From NCBI GenBank assembly GCA_964575755.1, contig CAZNRH010000001.1, forward strand, positions 115,347 through 179,346: a DNA stretch of 64,000 bases. Direction: 5' to 3'. Source of the stretch: an uncultured Candidatus Saccharibacteria bacterium. Lineage in GTDB: Bacteria; Patescibacteriota; Minisyncoccia; Phycocordibacterales; JABMNX01. Positions 1 through 12,911 of this stretch are shown here, piece after piece; position 1 is the stretch's first letter; every line of letters begins with the position of its first letter. The notes under the pieces are model-generated. The model was not told where the DNA came from and searched no databases. It saw nothing but the letters and a program-made list of their open reading frames with translations. The position numbers and the translations under genes are program-made.

Positions 1-1766
<1,766 letters not shown>

Positions 1767-1780
1767 GTAGCTGAATAACT

Positions 1781-4700
1781 ATGATAAAAAAAGACACACA
1801 TAATGTACATAATTTTGATTCGATAGCTATTAAACTGGCAAGCCCAGAACGTATTTTAGACTGGTCATTTGGAGAAATAACAAAACCAGAAACTATTAAT
1901 TATCGAACACAAAGGGCAGAAAAGAATGGGTTATTTGACGAGAAAATATTCGGCCCAGAAAAAGATTTCGAGTGCTACTGTGGAAAATATAGGGGTATTA
2001 GATTTAAAGGGATTGTTTGTGAAAAATGCGGAGTAGAAGTAACTCGCTCTATTGTAAGGCGTGAGAGAATGGGTCATATTGAGCTTGCCACACCAGTATC
2101 TCATATATGGTTTTTGCGAGGTATTCCGTCACGTATTGCTCTTATTTTAGGCCTTTCAGCAAGTGATGTTGAAAAAGTAGTCTACTTTGCAGGGTACATA
2201 ATTACAAAAGTAAGTGAAGACGAAAAAGCTAGATTCTTTAAAGAACTAGAGACAGAATACAAAACGAAAGTAAAAGCAGCGACAGATGCTAAAACAAAAA
2301 CAAAACTTAAAGAGATGTTCACTAAAATCAAGAAGGAAATCGACTCTGTTAAAGAGGGAAGTGTTCTTGATGAGGTCTCATATCATACATTCTCTGTTAA
2401 ATTCGGTGGACTTTTTGAAGCCGAAATTGGTGCAGAAGCTATTCATAATATATTTAAAAACTTAGACTTAAGTAAGCTTTCAAAAGAGCTCGAAGAAAGG
2501 CGGGAGAAAGCCGGAGCAGTAGAAAGCGTCAAGCTAAACAAGCGTTTGTCACTCATTAACTCAATGGTTAGTGCAAATGTTCGACCAGAGTGGATGTTTT
2601 TGGTGCGCATTCCAGTTACTCCACCAATGCTTCGGCCGATGGTTGCGCTTGAGGGTGGCCGACATGCATCAAGTGACGTGAATGACCTTTATCGACGTGT
2701 GATTAACAGAAACAATCGACTGAAGAAGCTTATTGTTATCAATGCACCTGACGTAATTTTACGTAACGAAAAGCGTATTCTGCAAGAAGCTGTTGACGCC
2801 CTTCTTGATAACTCAATAAGACATGGCAACACAGCATTTTCTGCAATGAGTCAGTCTCAACGACGACCACTTAAATCCTTGTCAGATTACCTTAAAGGAA
2901 AACAGGGCTACTTCCGTGGAAACCTGCTTGGTAAGCGAGTAGACTATTCTGGACGTTCTGTAATTGTTGTAGGATCTAACCTTAAACTTGATGAATGTGG
3001 ACTTCCAAAACACATGGCTCTTGAGTTGTTCCGACCATTTGTTATTTCTAAACTCCTAAGTAAAGAGTTAGCATACAATATTCGTGGTGCAGGGCGATTA
3101 ATTGATGATGGTATCCCTGAGGTATGGGCAATTCTTGAAGAGGTTATTAAAGGTAAGCATGTTCTGCTTAACCGAGCACCAACACTCCACAGGCAAGGTA
3201 TTCAAGCTTTTCGTCCAGTACTTATAGAAGGAAACGCTATACAGATACACCCACTTGTATGTTCAGCATTTAACGCTGACTTTGATGGTGACCAGATGGC
3301 AGTACACGTGCCTCTTTCAGAGGAAGCACAGCTTGAGGCTAAAGAGATTATGTCTGCAAACCGAAACATTCTAAAGCCAGGAAGTGGTGAAGTAGTAACA
3401 AGTCCAAGACAAGATATTATTCTAGGATGTTACTGGATGACTAAAATGGTTGACGGAGAAAAAGGAGAGGGTAAATATTTTCAAACACCAAACAGTGCTA
3501 TCACCACATACGACTTCAACGAAGTAGGGTTCCGTGCACGCGTTAATGTTATGCCAACAGATAGTGTTAAATACGAGAAGTTTAACGGAGAAATATTTGA
3601 AACAACAGTAGGAAGACTACTCTTTAATAGTGTACTCCCAGGTGACTATCCTTTTATTAACGATGAGATGACAAACAGAAAGATGTCAAAACTCGTTGAT
3701 AATTTGATTAAAAAATATGGACTCAATGAACTACCTGAGATTATCGACAAAATCAAAGAGTTTGGATTTAAATACGCAACACACTCTGGAATCACTTGGA
3801 GTCTGTATGACCTTAATGTTCCAAAAGAAAAAGAAGCAATAATTAAAGAAGCAAGAAAAAAGACAGAAGAAATATTAAATCAATTTAATGAAGGTCTTTT
3901 GTCTGCAACAGAGCGGCATAGGATGGTAGTTGAGCTATGGCTTAAAGTTAAAAATGAAATTGAAGAAATCTTAACAAAGTCACTTGATCCAAATGGGTCA
4001 GTGAGCGATATGCTTGTGTCAGGTGCTCGTGGTTCTACAAGCCAGCTGTCACAGATGGCTGGTATGAAAGGCCTTATTCAGAATACAAAAGGAGAGACTA
4101 TCGAGTTTCCAATTGTAGCATCTATGAAAGAGGGACTTTCTCCTATTGAGTATTTTATTACGACTCACGGTTCAAGAAAGGGTATGACTGATACAGCTCT
4201 TCAGACTGCGAAAGCGGGGTACCTTACACGTCGCTTGTTTGATGTTGCACAAGACGCAATTATTACAGAGAAGAACTGTAAAACAAAAGACAATGTGCGT
4301 ATTACAAGAGAAAGTGCTTCAGGAATCCAGATTTCAGTAGCAAAAGATATATCAGGACGATACTTAGCCGAAGATGCAACTGACCCTAAAGGTAAAGTTT
4401 TGTACAAGAAGGGAGATATGATACAACAAAAAGAAGCTCAAGAGATAGAAGAATCAGGAGCAGAAGAAGTATTTGTACGATCTCCTATGACATGTAAATC
4501 AACCCATGGAATCTGCCAGACATGTTACGGAATTGATATGTCAAAAGGCGAGTTAATAGATATTGGAGAAGCGGTTGGAACAATCGCAGCTCAAGCTATT
4601 GGAGAGCCAGGAACACAGCTTACTATGCGTACATTCCATGCTGGAGGTACAGCTTCAGCTGGTGGAGACATTACTCATGGACTTCCTCGTGTTGAAGAAG

Positions 4701-5455
4701 TTTTTGAAAAACGAATACCAAAGAGTGCTGCTATTGTTATGCATATCTCAGGTACCATATCAGAGATTAACGAAGAAGAAAAAGGACGTGTACTTATATT
4801 ACTCCCAGACGAAGAAGGTAAGAAAGTTAAAAAGAAAGACATAGAATATCCCGTACACTTCCTTCGAACATTAAATGTAAAAGTTGGTGACCATGTTGAA
4901 ATGGGACAGATTGTAACAGATGGTTCCGTAGACATAACAAGTCTATTTGCGTATGCAGGTAAAGAAGTTGCCCAGAAATATATTATTACTGAAGCGACTA
5001 AGATATATGAGCTTCAGGGAGTAACAATTTCACGAAAGCATATTGAGATAATCGTAAAACAAATGTTCTCTCGTCGTAAAATTACAGCAGAAGAAGATTC
5101 TAAGTTTGCAGTTGGAGATGTTATCGAAGAGTCCGAGCTTATAGTAGAAAGCAAAAAACTTAAAGAAGAAGGTAAGACAGCGCCAGTAGCTGACTCTCTA
5201 GTTCTTGGCATCACAGAAGTTTCTTTGACTCGAAAGAGTTTCTTGTCAGCATCTTCATTCCAAAACACTACAAGAATCCTTATAAACGCAGCAGTTAGAG
5301 GCAGTACAGACGTGTTGAAGGGCCTTAAAGAGAACGTTATTATTGGACGTTTGATTCCAGCAGGTACAGGATTTAAAGATAGTCCAAAAGCTCTGATGAT
5401 TGAATCTCTACAGAAAGAACTTGATGGCAACAAAGAAGACAATAAAGAAGTGTAG
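1781..5455 (+). CDS. rpoC: DNA-directed RNA polymerase subunit beta'
   Basis: 1224 aa; catalytic [14 protein letters not shown] motif; zinc-binding CxxC...CxxC near N-terminus; directly downstream of rpoB. Confidence 0.97.
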   Translation: MIKKDTHNVHNFDSIAIKLASPERILDWSFGEITKPETINYRTQRAEKNGLFDEKIFGPEKDFECYCGKYRGIRFKGIVCEKCGVEVTRSIVRRERMGHIELATPVSHIWFLRGIPSRIALILGLSASDVEKVVYFAGYIITKVSEDEKARFFKELETEYKTKVKAATDAKTKTKLKEMFTKIKKEIDSVKEGSVLDEVSYHTFSVKFGGLFEAEIGAEAIHNIFKNLDLSKLSKELEERREKAGAVESVKLNKRLSLINSMVSANVRPEWMFLVRIPVTPPMLRPMVALEGGRHASSDVNDLYRRVINRNNRLKKLIVINAPDVILRNEKRILQEAVDALLDNSIRHGNTAFSAMSQSQRRPLKSLSDYLKGKQGYFRGNLLGKRVDYSGRSVIVVGSNLKLDECGLPKHMALELFRPFVISKLLSKELAYNIRGAGRLIDDGIPEVWAILEEVIKGKHVLLNRAPTLHRQGIQAFRPVLIEGNAIQIHPLVCSAFNADFDGDQMAVHVPLSEEAQLEAKEIMSANRNILKPGSGEVVTSPRQDIILGCYWMTKMVDGEKGEGKYFQTPNSAITTYDFNEVGFRARVNVMPTDSVKYEKFNGEIFETTVGRLLFNSVLPGDYPFINDEMTNRKMSKLVDNLIKKYGLNELPEIIDKIKEFGFKYATHSGITWSLYDLNVPKEKEAIIKEARKKTEEILNQFNEGLLSATERHRMVVELWLKVKNEIEEILTKSLDPNGSVSDMLVSGARGSTSQLSQMAGMKGLIQNTKGETIEFPIVASMKEGLSPIEYFITTHGSRKGMTDTALQTAKAGYLTRRLFDVAQDAIITEKNCKTKDNVRITRESASGIQISVAKDISGRYLAEDATDPKGKVLYKKGDMIQQKEAQEIEESGAEEVFVRSPMTCKSTHGICQTCYGIDMSKGELIDIGEAVGTIAAQAIGEPGTQLTMRTFHAGGTASAGGDITHGLPRVEEVFEKRIPKSAAIVMHISGTISEINEEEKGRVLILLPDEEGKKVKKKDIEYPVHFLRTLNVKVGDHVEMGQIVTDGSVDITSLFAYAGKEVAQKYIITEATKIYELQGVTISRKHIEIIVKQMFSRRKITAEEDSKFAVGDVIEESELIVESKKLKEEGKTAPVADSLVLGITEVSLTRKSFLSASSFQNTTRILINAAVRGSTDVLKGLKENVIIGRLIPAGTGFKDSPKALMIESLQKELDGNKEDNKEV

Positions 5456-5540
5456 TTCATATAAGTTTCGTTTAGTGCACTGTTGTAGTATAGGTATATA
5501 AGTTTCTAGGATTAAGCTAGTAAAACAAATATTTTATCGT

Positions 5541-7280
5541 ATGTCTTCACCAGTAGAGCAAATCAAAGAAAGATTAAGTATTGAAGAAGTAGTTTCTCAG
5601 TATGTAAAACTTACCAAAGCTGGCAAGAATTACAGAGGGCTTTCACCGTTTAGTAATGAGAAAACTCCTTCATTTTATGTTTCTCCAGATAGAAACATGT
5701 TCTATTGTTTTTCTACAAACCAAGGTGGCGATATCTTCACGTTTGTGGAGAAAATGGAGGGGCTTGATTTTGCTGGAGCACTTAAGATACTTGCAGAAAA
5801 AGCTGGAGTGGAACTTGTCCATGAGAGCAAAGAAGTTAGAGATAAAAGGACTAGGTTGTATGATGCACTTGAGAAATCAAAAAATGTGTATCAACTCTTT
5901 ATCAAGCAACATGATGAAGTAATTAAGTATCTTGAAGACAGAGGTATTACACAAGAGTCAATCGACCGTTTTGATGTAGGTTTTGCTAAAGATGAGTGGA
6001 GGAGTTTGTACGAGTATTTAAAGAAAGAAGGTTATACAGAAGGTGACTTACTCGATGCAGGGCTTATAAAGAAAGCACAGAATGATAACGGGAAGGAGAA
6101 TTCGAGGCATTACGATACATTTCGGGGCAGGGTAATGTTTCCAATACACGATAGTGCTGGAAGAGCCATAGCTTTTTCAGGAAGAATACTGCCGTCTCTT
6201 GATGAGGGCAAGACTGGTAAATATATCAACAGTCCAGAAACAGCCCTTTATAATAAATCAAAAATTCTTTACGGATATGATATCGCGAAAGGTGGTATAA
6301 AGAAGTTTGATTTCTCTGTGCTTGTAGAAGGACAGATGGACGTGGTTATGTCTCATCAGGCAGGGTATGTAAATACAGTAGGAGTATCTGGCACAGCACT
6401 AACTCGCAACCAGTTAACACTCCTCAACAGACTTTCGGAGAATATCGTAATGGCTTTTGATCCAGACAGAGCTGGATTAGCGTCTGCTGGTAAGGGCGCA
6501 GCATTGGCACTTTCTATGGGTATGGATGTTAAGGTCGCTCATTTGCCTGACGGAGTAGACCCAGCCGATTTAATAAAAGAAGATAAAGATAAATGGAAAA
6601 AGGCAATTAAAGATTCAGTGCATATTGTAGAGTTTTACATCACACATCTTCGTAGCTTAGGGTATGACGATCGTAAGTTTAAGCTAAAAGTTCAGGAGAT
6701 AGTGTTGCCATTTGTTACACAAATTAAGAACACTATAGACCAGAACCATTTTATACAGCTTGTGGCGAGAGAGACCGGAGTTTCGGAAGACGTAATTCGA
6801 TCAGAGGTTGAACGAATAACAAGCAATATAGAGAAACAAGATACTAAAGTAAGTACAGAAGTCGAAGTCAAGTCAGACGGTGGCATTTTACAAAGAAGTT
6901 CGACAGAGGAGAAATTGGCACAAATAATTTTATGGCAAGATTCACTTGAAAGTCCAGCAATAGACACAGAAGCAGTAAGGAATTCATTTGAAGCAGTAGT
7001 AGGAAAAGACCACATAAAAGAGTTGCTAGATATATCAGAAAGTAAAAAGCAACAGGATATTTTTAAAATCGAATTGCTCTACGAGAAAGATCAACAGTTA
7101 AAGGAAGATGTAGATGAGTTACTTCACCATCTTACCTACCGGTTGACAAAGAGAGAGCTTGAAGAAACGATAGCAGGGTTAAGAAAAGCAGAGAGTGTTG
7201 GAGATACTGCCACATCTTCAAAACTACTTGAGAAAAGCAAAGAGATAGCGGATAAGTTAAAAGCATTCGTTGGCAAGTAA
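5541..7280 (+). CDS. dnaG: DNA primase
   Basis: 579 aa; N-terminal primase zinc-ribbon region homolog (SPFSNEKTPSFYV...FYCFSTNQGGD); TOPRIM region (LVEGQMDVV, MAFDPDRAG). Confidence 0.9.
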   Translation: MSSPVEQIKERLSIEEVVSQYVKLTKAGKNYRGLSPFSNEKTPSFYVSPDRNMFYCFSTNQGGDIFTFVEKMEGLDFAGALKILAEKAGVELVHESKEVRDKRTRLYDALEKSKNVYQLFIKQHDEVIKYLEDRGITQESIDRFDVGFAKDEWRSLYEYLKKEGYTEGDLLDAGLIKKAQNDNGKENSRHYDTFRGRVMFPIHDSAGRAIAFSGRILPSLDEGKTGKYINSPETALYNKSKILYGYDIAKGGIKKFDFSVLVEGQMDVVMSHQAGYVNTVGVSGTALTRNQLTLLNRLSENIVMAFDPDRAGLASAGKGAALALSMGMDVKVAHLPDGVDPADLIKEDKDKWKKAIKDSVHIVEFYITHLRSLGYDDRKFKLKVQEIVLPFVTQIKNTIDQNHFIQLVARETGVSEDVIRSEVERITSNIEKQDTKVSTEVEVKSDGGILQRSSTEEKLAQIILWQDSLESPAIDTEAVRNSFEAVVGKDHIKELLDISESKKQQDIFKIELLYEKDQQLKEDVDELLHHLTYRLTKRELEETIAGLRKAESVGDTATSSKLLEKSKEIADKLKAFVGK

Positions 7281-7308
7281 TTTTAAAAGTAAATATACAT
7301 AACATAGT

Positions 7309-8625
7309 ATGACTACAAAAAATAAAGTAACAAAGAAAAAGGTTGTAAAAAAGACTGTAAAAAAGAAAATAAAGAAGACAGTTAAGAAAGCACCTAAAAA
7401 GGTTGTAAAAAAGGTGAAGAAAAAAGCACCTAAAAAGGTAGCAAAGAAAAAACCTAAGAAGGTTGTCAAAAAGAAGATAGTAAAGAAGAAAGTTGGTAAA
7501 AAGCCCTCAAAAAAAGCTCCCAAGAAAGTAGTAAAGAAAAGAAAAAGCCAGAAGTCTATGGAAGCTAAAGCAGCGAAGTTGCTTGCTAAGGGGCGAGAGC
7601 GTGGATATGTAACATATGACGAAATCCTTAAAGAGTTCCCTAAAATAGAAGAAGATGTGTTTTTCCTTGAAGAGATGTATGAGAGATTCAGCACAGCTAG
7701 TATTGACGTACTTGAGAGTGGAGGGTTTCTTGGTGGTAATGAAACAGAAGAAGATCTCCTTGGGAAGAAGAATTTATATCGACGGTCAGAATCTTCTTAC
7801 GATTCAATTCAAATGTACCTACGTGAGATAGGTCAGTACCAACTTCTTAACGCACAAGGTGAGCGAGACTTAGCTAAACGTATCCTTGATGGAGATGTAG
7901 AAGCTGTTAACTTACTTGCACGAGCCAACTTACGTCTAGTGGTGTCTATTGCTAAAAAATATGTAGGACGAAGTCTCGATCTCACACTACTAGACCTTAT
8001 TCAAGAGGGTAATATAGGCTTATTTAAGGCAGTAGACAAGTTTGACCATACAAAAGGGTATAAGTTCTCAACATACGCAACGTGGTGGATTAGACAGGCT
8101 ATTACACGTGCACTTGCAGACCAATCAAGAACAATACGTATTCCAGTTCACATGGTTGAGACAATCGCAAAATACAAACAAAAAGTACGTCAACTAAGTC
8201 AAGATCTTGGACGAGATCCACTTCCAGAAGAAGTAGCAACTGAGATGGGGCTTGATGTAGAAAAGATTCACAATATAGAAAAAATTAATCAAGATACCGT
8301 TTCACTAGAGACTCCAGTAGGGGACGAGGGGGATGACAAGTCTACACTTGCAGACTTTATTGCAGACGATAAGATTCTTTCACCAGATCAAGAGTCAGCA
8401 CAGCGCATCTTAGCTGATCAAGTCAGAGATATTTTAAACGAACTGTCGCCAAAAGAGCGAAAGATTCTTGAAATGCGTCATGGTCTAGAGGATGGTATAT
8501 ACAACACACTTGAAGAAGTAGGGAAGGAATTTGGAGTTACTCGTGAGCGAATACGTCAGATTGAAGCAAAAGCCCTAGAGAAAATCCGCTCCCACGAGAG
8601 AGCAAGCCAGCTGAAGAATTACTAA
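7309..8625 (+). CDS. rpoD: RNA polymerase sigma-70 factor with lysine-rich N-terminal tail
   Basis: Regions 1.2-4.2 present ([50 protein letters not shown]); about 80 N-terminal residues of KKxxKK repeats encoded by an A-rich repetitive tract. Confidence 0.93.
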   Translation: MTTKNKVTKKKVVKKTVKKKIKKTVKKAPKKVVKKVKKKAPKKVAKKKPKKVVKKKIVKKKVGKKPSKKAPKKVVKKRKSQKSMEAKAAKLLAKGRERGYVTYDEILKEFPKIEEDVFFLEEMYERFSTASIDVLESGGFLGGNETEEDLLGKKNLYRRSESSYDSIQMYLREIGQYQLLNAQGERDLAKRILDGDVEAVNLLARANLRLVVSIAKKYVGRSLDLTLLDLIQEGNIGLFKAVDKFDHTKGYKFSTYATWWIRQAITRALADQSRTIRIPVHMVETIAKYKQKVRQLSQDLGRDPLPEEVATEMGLDVEKIHNIEKINQDTVSLETPVGDEGDDKSTLADFIADDKILSPDQESAQRILADQVRDILNELSPKERKILEMRHGLEDGIYNTLEEVGKEFGVTRERIRQIEAKALEKIRSHERASQLKNY

Positions 8626-8658
8626 ACAACCCACATTTAAGTTTCAACTTATAAGAAA

Positions 8659-8694
8659 ACACCCCACACACACGTAGCGTGTGTGTGGGGTGTT
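8659..8694. terminator. bidirectional intrinsic terminator hairpin between rpoD and the GNAT gene
   Basis: Perfect inverted repeat caccccacacacacg-tagc-gtgtgtgtggggtg with A/T flanks. Confidence 0.7.
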
Positions 8695-8698
8695 GAGT

Positions 8699-9277
8699 TT
8701 AGAAGAGATGTTCTTTTTTAAACTTCCTCCAAAGTGGCATAAAGTCTTTCTTAAAGACTGCCAATAGAATTTCGTCAACATATCTACCGTTGGCGAAGTT
8801 GTGTTTTTTTAGAGTTCCTTCCTCTATATATCCACACTTTTTACTATACCCGTAAGAGCGTTTATTGAATGCAAGTACAGAAGAACATACTTTACGTAGA
8901 TTGAGGGTATTAAAAGCATAGTTGAGTAAAAGCATCTTAGCTTCGGTTCCGTAACCCTTACCCCAACAGTCTTTTACTCCAATAAGAGCTCCAGTTGTTG
9001 CAGTTCCATTCATGTGATTAATTCCATGAAGCCCCATTGTGCCTATCGGCTTATTTTCATTAACTAGACATATCATAAGCACAACATCTTTGCCTTTATT
9101 TTTATGTAAGTCATCTATCCATTTCTCCTCATCCTCCTCCATTGCTGGATGGCAGGACATGAGATACTCGTAGATATCAGGATCGTTTATCCATTTTAAA
9201 AGAAGAATAACGTCTCTTTTAAGTAATGGGCGTAAATACACTTTTTTACCCTTTAGGAATTTAATATTCATTTTCAT
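8699..9277 (-). CDS. GNAT family N-acetyltransferase (RimJ/RimL-like)
   Basis: 192 aa; GNAT acetyl-CoA motif region GVKDCWGKGYGTEAKMLLLNYAFNTLNLRKV. Confidence 0.75.
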   Translation of the reverse strand: MKMNIKFLKGKKVYLRPLLKRDVILLLKWINDPDIYEYLMSCHPAMEEDEEKWIDDLHKNKGKDVVLMICLVNENKPIGTMGLHGINHMNGTATTGALIGVKDCWGKGYGTEAKMLLLNYAFNTLNLRKVCSSVLAFNKRSYGYSKKCGYIEEGTLKKHNFANGRYVDEILLAVFKKDFMPLWRKFKKEHLF

Positions 9278-9308
9278 CTCCTATGTTAAAGAACAAATAC
9301 TAAACAAA

Positions 9309-9339
9309 AACCTCGGCTTCTGTTCAGCCGAGGTTTTTC
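9309..9339. terminator. hairpin followed by T-run (cctcggct-tctgttc-agccgagg-ttttt); also reads as a terminator on the minus strand
   Basis: 8-bp GC-rich stem with a poly-T tail on both strands; no annotated gene ends here on the plus strand. Confidence 0.45.
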
Positions 9340-9555
9340 TGTGAAGGAGTTTCTTTATATATTTAAGAAAATACAAACATACCACGGCTGAATACAAGCG
9401 CTTTTGCGTATACAGGAGAAATAAGCCCCGCATCAAAGCGACAGTTATTTTTCATATTCATTTGTGTATGGTTGCTTACCATTACCTTAGTTTATATCGT
9501 ATACCTTAATAGATGTCAAGCATCCAAATGTTGTAGTGCAGGTATAATAACTCTT

Positions 9556-10410
9556 ATGAAGAAGCAGAAAACACCTAAAACTAGCTCCAAACGGTCTAAA
9601 AAACCACCAATTGAGCATTGGAGCTATTCATCTTTAATGTCACTTATGAACAACCCTTTGTCTTGGTACAAGCGTTATGTAGAAAATGTGCGGGATATGC
9701 CATCAGGACCAGCTTCTTTTATAGGCAGAGCATGTCATACTGCACTTGAACATTTCTATAAAGGAGTATCAAAAGAAGAGTCAACAAAACGGGGCCTTGA
9801 AGCTCTTAAAAATGTAGCAGATTTTGAAATTAATTTCGGTACAGCGAAAACCAAAACAGCTCAGAAAAAGAAACGCAAAAGTATGGAACAAGAATATCTA
9901 AAGTCCATCGGCTACTATCTTAAGCGCGCTCCAAAATACAAAGTACTTGGTGTAGAAGCTGTAGGGCTTGCAGAAGTAGACGGTATAGAACTTCCACTAA
10001 AAGCGATTTCTGATTTAGTTGTAGAGTCGAAGATAGATAAAGACGCAGTTGATATCGTTGATCATAAATTTGTAGCTTCTTTTAGTAAAGACGCTGTTAA
10101 TAAAACTATGTACATAATGCAGGCAATATTTAATTACTACACAGTTAGCGCTTTATATAACAAGCCTGTTAAAAGGTTTATTATTCAAGAATGCAAACGA
10201 TCAAAGAATAAAGATGCTTCTTCTCAGATGCGTAAACATATTATAAATTTCGATGAGTGCAAAGATGAGTTTATTATTTTCCATAAACTTATTAATGATG
10301 CAACTAAAGAGATTACACGCAACAGAGTATATTTACCAAACCCTTTAGATATGTTTGAAGGGGAAAACTCTTTCGACATCTATCGCCTCGGTCTCGTAGA
10401 AGAAAACTGA
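9556..10410 (+). CDS. hypothetical protein, possible PD-(D/E)XK nuclease superfamily member
   Basis: ATG at 9556 is in frame within the longer ORF 9472..10410; basic N-terminus; candidate motifs GRACHTALE, ISDLVVES, DIVDHKF, QAIFNYY are arranged like PD-(D/E)XK motifs I-IV. Confidence 0.4.
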   Translation: MKKQKTPKTSSKRSKKPPIEHWSYSSLMSLMNNPLSWYKRYVENVRDMPSGPASFIGRACHTALEHFYKGVSKEESTKRGLEALKNVADFEINFGTAKTKTAQKKKRKSMEQEYLKSIGYYLKRAPKYKVLGVEAVGLAEVDGIELPLKAISDLVVESKIDKDAVDIVDHKFVASFSKDAVNKTMYIMQAIFNYYTVSALYNKPVKRFIIQECKRSKNKDASSQMRKHIINFDECKDEFIIFHKLINDATKEITRNRVYLPNPLDMFEGENSFDIYRLGLVEEN

Positions 10411-10433
10411 CAATAAAACCAAAAATTACAAAT

Positions 10434-10486
10434 AGGTGGACATTGGTCTATGGACATGATTTCTTGAGAAAAATCAGATGTCCACC
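10434..10486 (+). terminator. nested hairpin (ggtggacat...atgtccacc) downstream of the nuclease-like gene
   Basis: 9-bp outer stem with an internal tgattt/aaatca sub-stem. Confidence 0.4.
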
Positions 10487-10509
10487 AATTTGTAAACTAA
10501 CTTAAAATT

Positions 10510-10541
10510 AAATAGCCAGAGTGCTCTGGCTATTTAATTCA
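10510..10541 (-). terminator. intrinsic terminator of the dsbA-like gene
   Basis: aaatagccagag-tg-ctctggctattt perfect stem, then a T-run on the minus strand. Confidence 0.65.
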
Positions 10542-10575
10542 GCTCTAGTAAGCCGTATTTTGATGTTTTGAAAAC

Positions 10576-11343
10576 TTAAAAAGTTGGTACTACTGGCACA
10601 CTCTCGCTGTTAGAATCATTAAGAAGTGTTTCGATAACTCGGCGCATTGCTTCTATTGGCTGAGCTCCCTCAATTGGTGCTTGTTCTCCATTTACAAATA
10701 TAACATTATACGGTGTACCTCGTGCTCCTGATGCAATAACTTCGTCAAATTGAGCTTGAATCTTGTCTGTATACTTACCACTATCAACACAAGCTTGTAG
10801 TGCAACAGGGTCAATGTCAACATCTTCTGCTATCACAGAGAGTAGATTCAAATCAAGTCCATTATTTGACGGTGTGATTTCAAACAACCTATCTATATAA
10901 TCCCAAAACCCTTGATTGCCACCAAGTTCTGCTGCACACTCTGAAGCCTCGGCTTCTTTAGCAGCTTTTGAGTGGAGTTGAGTAATAGGAAAGTGTCTGT
11001 ATACCCATGCAACTTTTCCACTTGCTCCATACTCATCAATAATTTTATGCATGGTGCTGTGGAAGTTCTTACAGAACGGACACTCAAGATCAGAATACTC
11101 AACAATAATAACTTGTGCATTTGGGTTTCCTAGAATATGGTCACTGCCTGAAACCTCTGGAACACCAACCTGAGTTACAGGATCGGATTTAGTGTCTATC
11201 TTAATATCGTCTGGTTTGTTGCTAAAATATAAAGCACCTGCCACAAGGACACCAGCAATAATAATAGCTACAGGAATAGTGTATTTCTTATTATTGTTTA
11301 CCAATTCTACTTGATATTGTTGTTCGTTATTGTTTTCTTCCAT
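10576..11343 (-). CDS. DsbA-family thiol:disulfide oxidoreductase, membrane-anchored
   Basis: 255 aa; N-terminal TM helix; CPFC active site in a thioredoxin-fold context. Confidence 0.85.
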   Translation of the reverse strand: MEENNNEQQYQVELVNNNKKYTIPVAIIIAGVLVAGALYFSNKPDDIKIDTKSDPVTQVGVPEVSGSDHILGNPNAQVIIVEYSDLECPFCKNFHSTMHKIIDEYGASGKVAWVYRHFPITQLHSKAAKEAEASECAAELGGNQGFWDYIDRLFEITPSNNGLDLNLLSVIAEDVDIDPVALQACVDSGKYTDKIQAQFDEVIASGARGTPYNVIFVNGEQAPIEGAQPIEAMRRVIETLLNDSNSESVPVVPTF

Positions 11344-11392
11344 GTTTATAAATTATAGTTAATTAGCGTAAGTCTAGTGTATCATATATAGG

Positions 11393-12190
11393 ATGGATAT
11401 CATTTCAGCATTCATATTAGGCGCAGTACAGGGACTCACAGAATTTATACCGATTTCTTCATCTGGGCACCTTGTTGTAGCAAGAGAGATACTTGGTATT
11501 GCGACAAACCACAGTCTCTCTATTGATGCAATGCTACAGCTTGCCACATCTCTCGCTATATTGCTTTACTTCTGGAGAGACTTTTGGGGTATGGCAGTTA
11601 CATCATTTAATTGGGTTAGGGGACATATAATACCTTCAGAAGAAAAGATTCTTATTGGAGCATTGGTTGTTGGTACAATTCCAGCTGTGATTTTAGGTTT
11701 GTTGCTTGAAGATATTATGGAAACTTCTTTCAGGAACGCAGAGTTAGTAGCGTGGACACTGCTCCTTGGCGCAGCACTGTTTTGGGTAGCAGAAAAGCTT
11801 GCAAAACAAAAGCAAGAACTTAATATTAAACGTGGTTTTTGGATAGGAATGTTTCAAGCACTAGCACTTATTCCAGGCATGTCTCGCTCTGGTATGACCA
11901 TCGCCGGTGGGTTATTGCTTGGGCTTTCTCGAGAGCGTGCAACACGGTTTGGTTTTATGCTTGGTTTCCCAATCATTTTTGGTTCTGGGATGAAGAAATT
12001 TATCGAGCTTTACGGAAGCGGGGGATTGGTAGAGTTAGGTCTACCTTTAATACTTAGCACAGCGACGGCATTTACAGTAGGAATACTCGCTATGCACTTT
12101 ATGGTGAGGTACTTACGCAATCACACGCTTAATATTTTTATAGTCTATAGAATAATATTTGCCCTTCTTATATTTATGTTCATTGTGTAG
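11393..12190 (+). CDS. uppP: undecaprenyl-diphosphate phosphatase
   Basis: 265 aa polytopic membrane protein; N-terminal GLTEFIPISSSGHL and later PGMSRSGMTI motifs typical of BacA/UppP. Confidence 0.93.
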   Translation: MDIISAFILGAVQGLTEFIPISSSGHLVVAREILGIATNHSLSIDAMLQLATSLAILLYFWRDFWGMAVTSFNWVRGHIIPSEEKILIGALVVGTIPAVILGLLLEDIMETSFRNAELVAWTLLLGAALFWVAEKLAKQKQELNIKRGFWIGMFQALALIPGMSRSGMTIAGGLLLGLSRERATRFGFMLGFPIIFGSGMKKFIELYGSGGLVELGLPLILSTATAFTVGILAMHFMVRYLRNHTLNIFIVYRIIFALLIFMFIV

Positions 12191-12199
12191 ACCTTTATA

Positions 12200-12781
12200 T
12201 TAAAACGGAAGGGAATGCGTCATAGAGCTACCGTCTTCTTTTTTTTTCTCCCAGTTGGAGGTGTCGAGTTTTATTTCTTTTTTTTCTGATAAATCCATAT
12301 AGTGAACTTTTCCATTTTTAAGAGCGAAATCATACACCTCTTTCGTGATTCTTACATCGTCAAGACAATACTTTCGTATTTTATCAATCTCGCCAGTATT
12401 CCACCACCTTACTGCATCAAGCCCGTGTCCGCTCTTCTTTTCTCCTAGAGTGCCCTCTGCAACTGAATCAAGACGAAGTCGTCTGCCAAACGACTCTTTT
12501 ATTTCTTTAAGTAAGTCAAGACTTTTAATTTGTGTTAAATCGCCGTGATAGTACTTATTAAGAAGCGGAATATCAAAATGGTCTGAGTTGTATCCAATCA
12601 ACATGTCTGTTTTTTCTAAAATGGGCCAGAGTTGTGGTAGTTCTTCTTGTAGGTATGAATGATATGAATTAGTATCGTAGTCATATATGCAAACTATCGA
12701 GATATCTAAAAGCGCTGGGTCTGCTTTCCCAACATCTTCAAATGTGTTTCTTGTTTCAATATCAAAAACTATTTTCTTCAT
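12200..12781 (-). CDS. DEDDy-type 3'-5' exonuclease domain protein (RNase H-like fold)
   Basis: 193 aa; Exo I FDIET, Exo II GYNSDHFDIPLL, Exo III YCLDDVRITKEVY; a T9 homopolymer lies near the 3' end. Confidence 0.6.
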   Translation of the reverse strand: MKKIVFDIETRNTFEDVGKADPALLDISIVCIYDYDTNSYHSYLQEELPQLWPILEKTDMLIGYNSDHFDIPLLNKYYHGDLTQIKSLDLLKEIKESFGRRLRLDSVAEGTLGEKKSGHGLDAVRWWNTGEIDKIRKYCLDDVRITKEVYDFALKNGKVHYMDLSEKKEIKLDTSNWEKKKEDGSSMTHSLPF

Positions 12782-12900
12782 CCCGAACGAAATAGGACAC
12801 GGACTTAAACAATCCTTGTCTCTAGATTAGATTTTTTGTTAATTATCGACTTATTTTCCATATATTATATTTGTATCCGTGATTTCGTACAGGATTCATT
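12782..12900 (-). repeat. copy A of a ~118-nt duplicated upstream region (promoter/5' leader), abutting the exonuclease start codon
   Basis: About 85% identical to the reverse complement of 15368..15485, including an identical 45-nt block aatctaatctagagacaaggattgtttaagtccgtgtcctattt and the cggg-ATG junction. Confidence 0.8.
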
Positions 12901-12911
12901 TCCTTTAATAT

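Noticed and set aside
7257-7694. 145-aa minus-strand ORF antisense to the rpoD 5' region
   Set aside because: It is a Phe/Leu-rich artefact of reading the A-rich lysine-repeat tract in antisense. It overlaps a well-supported gene.
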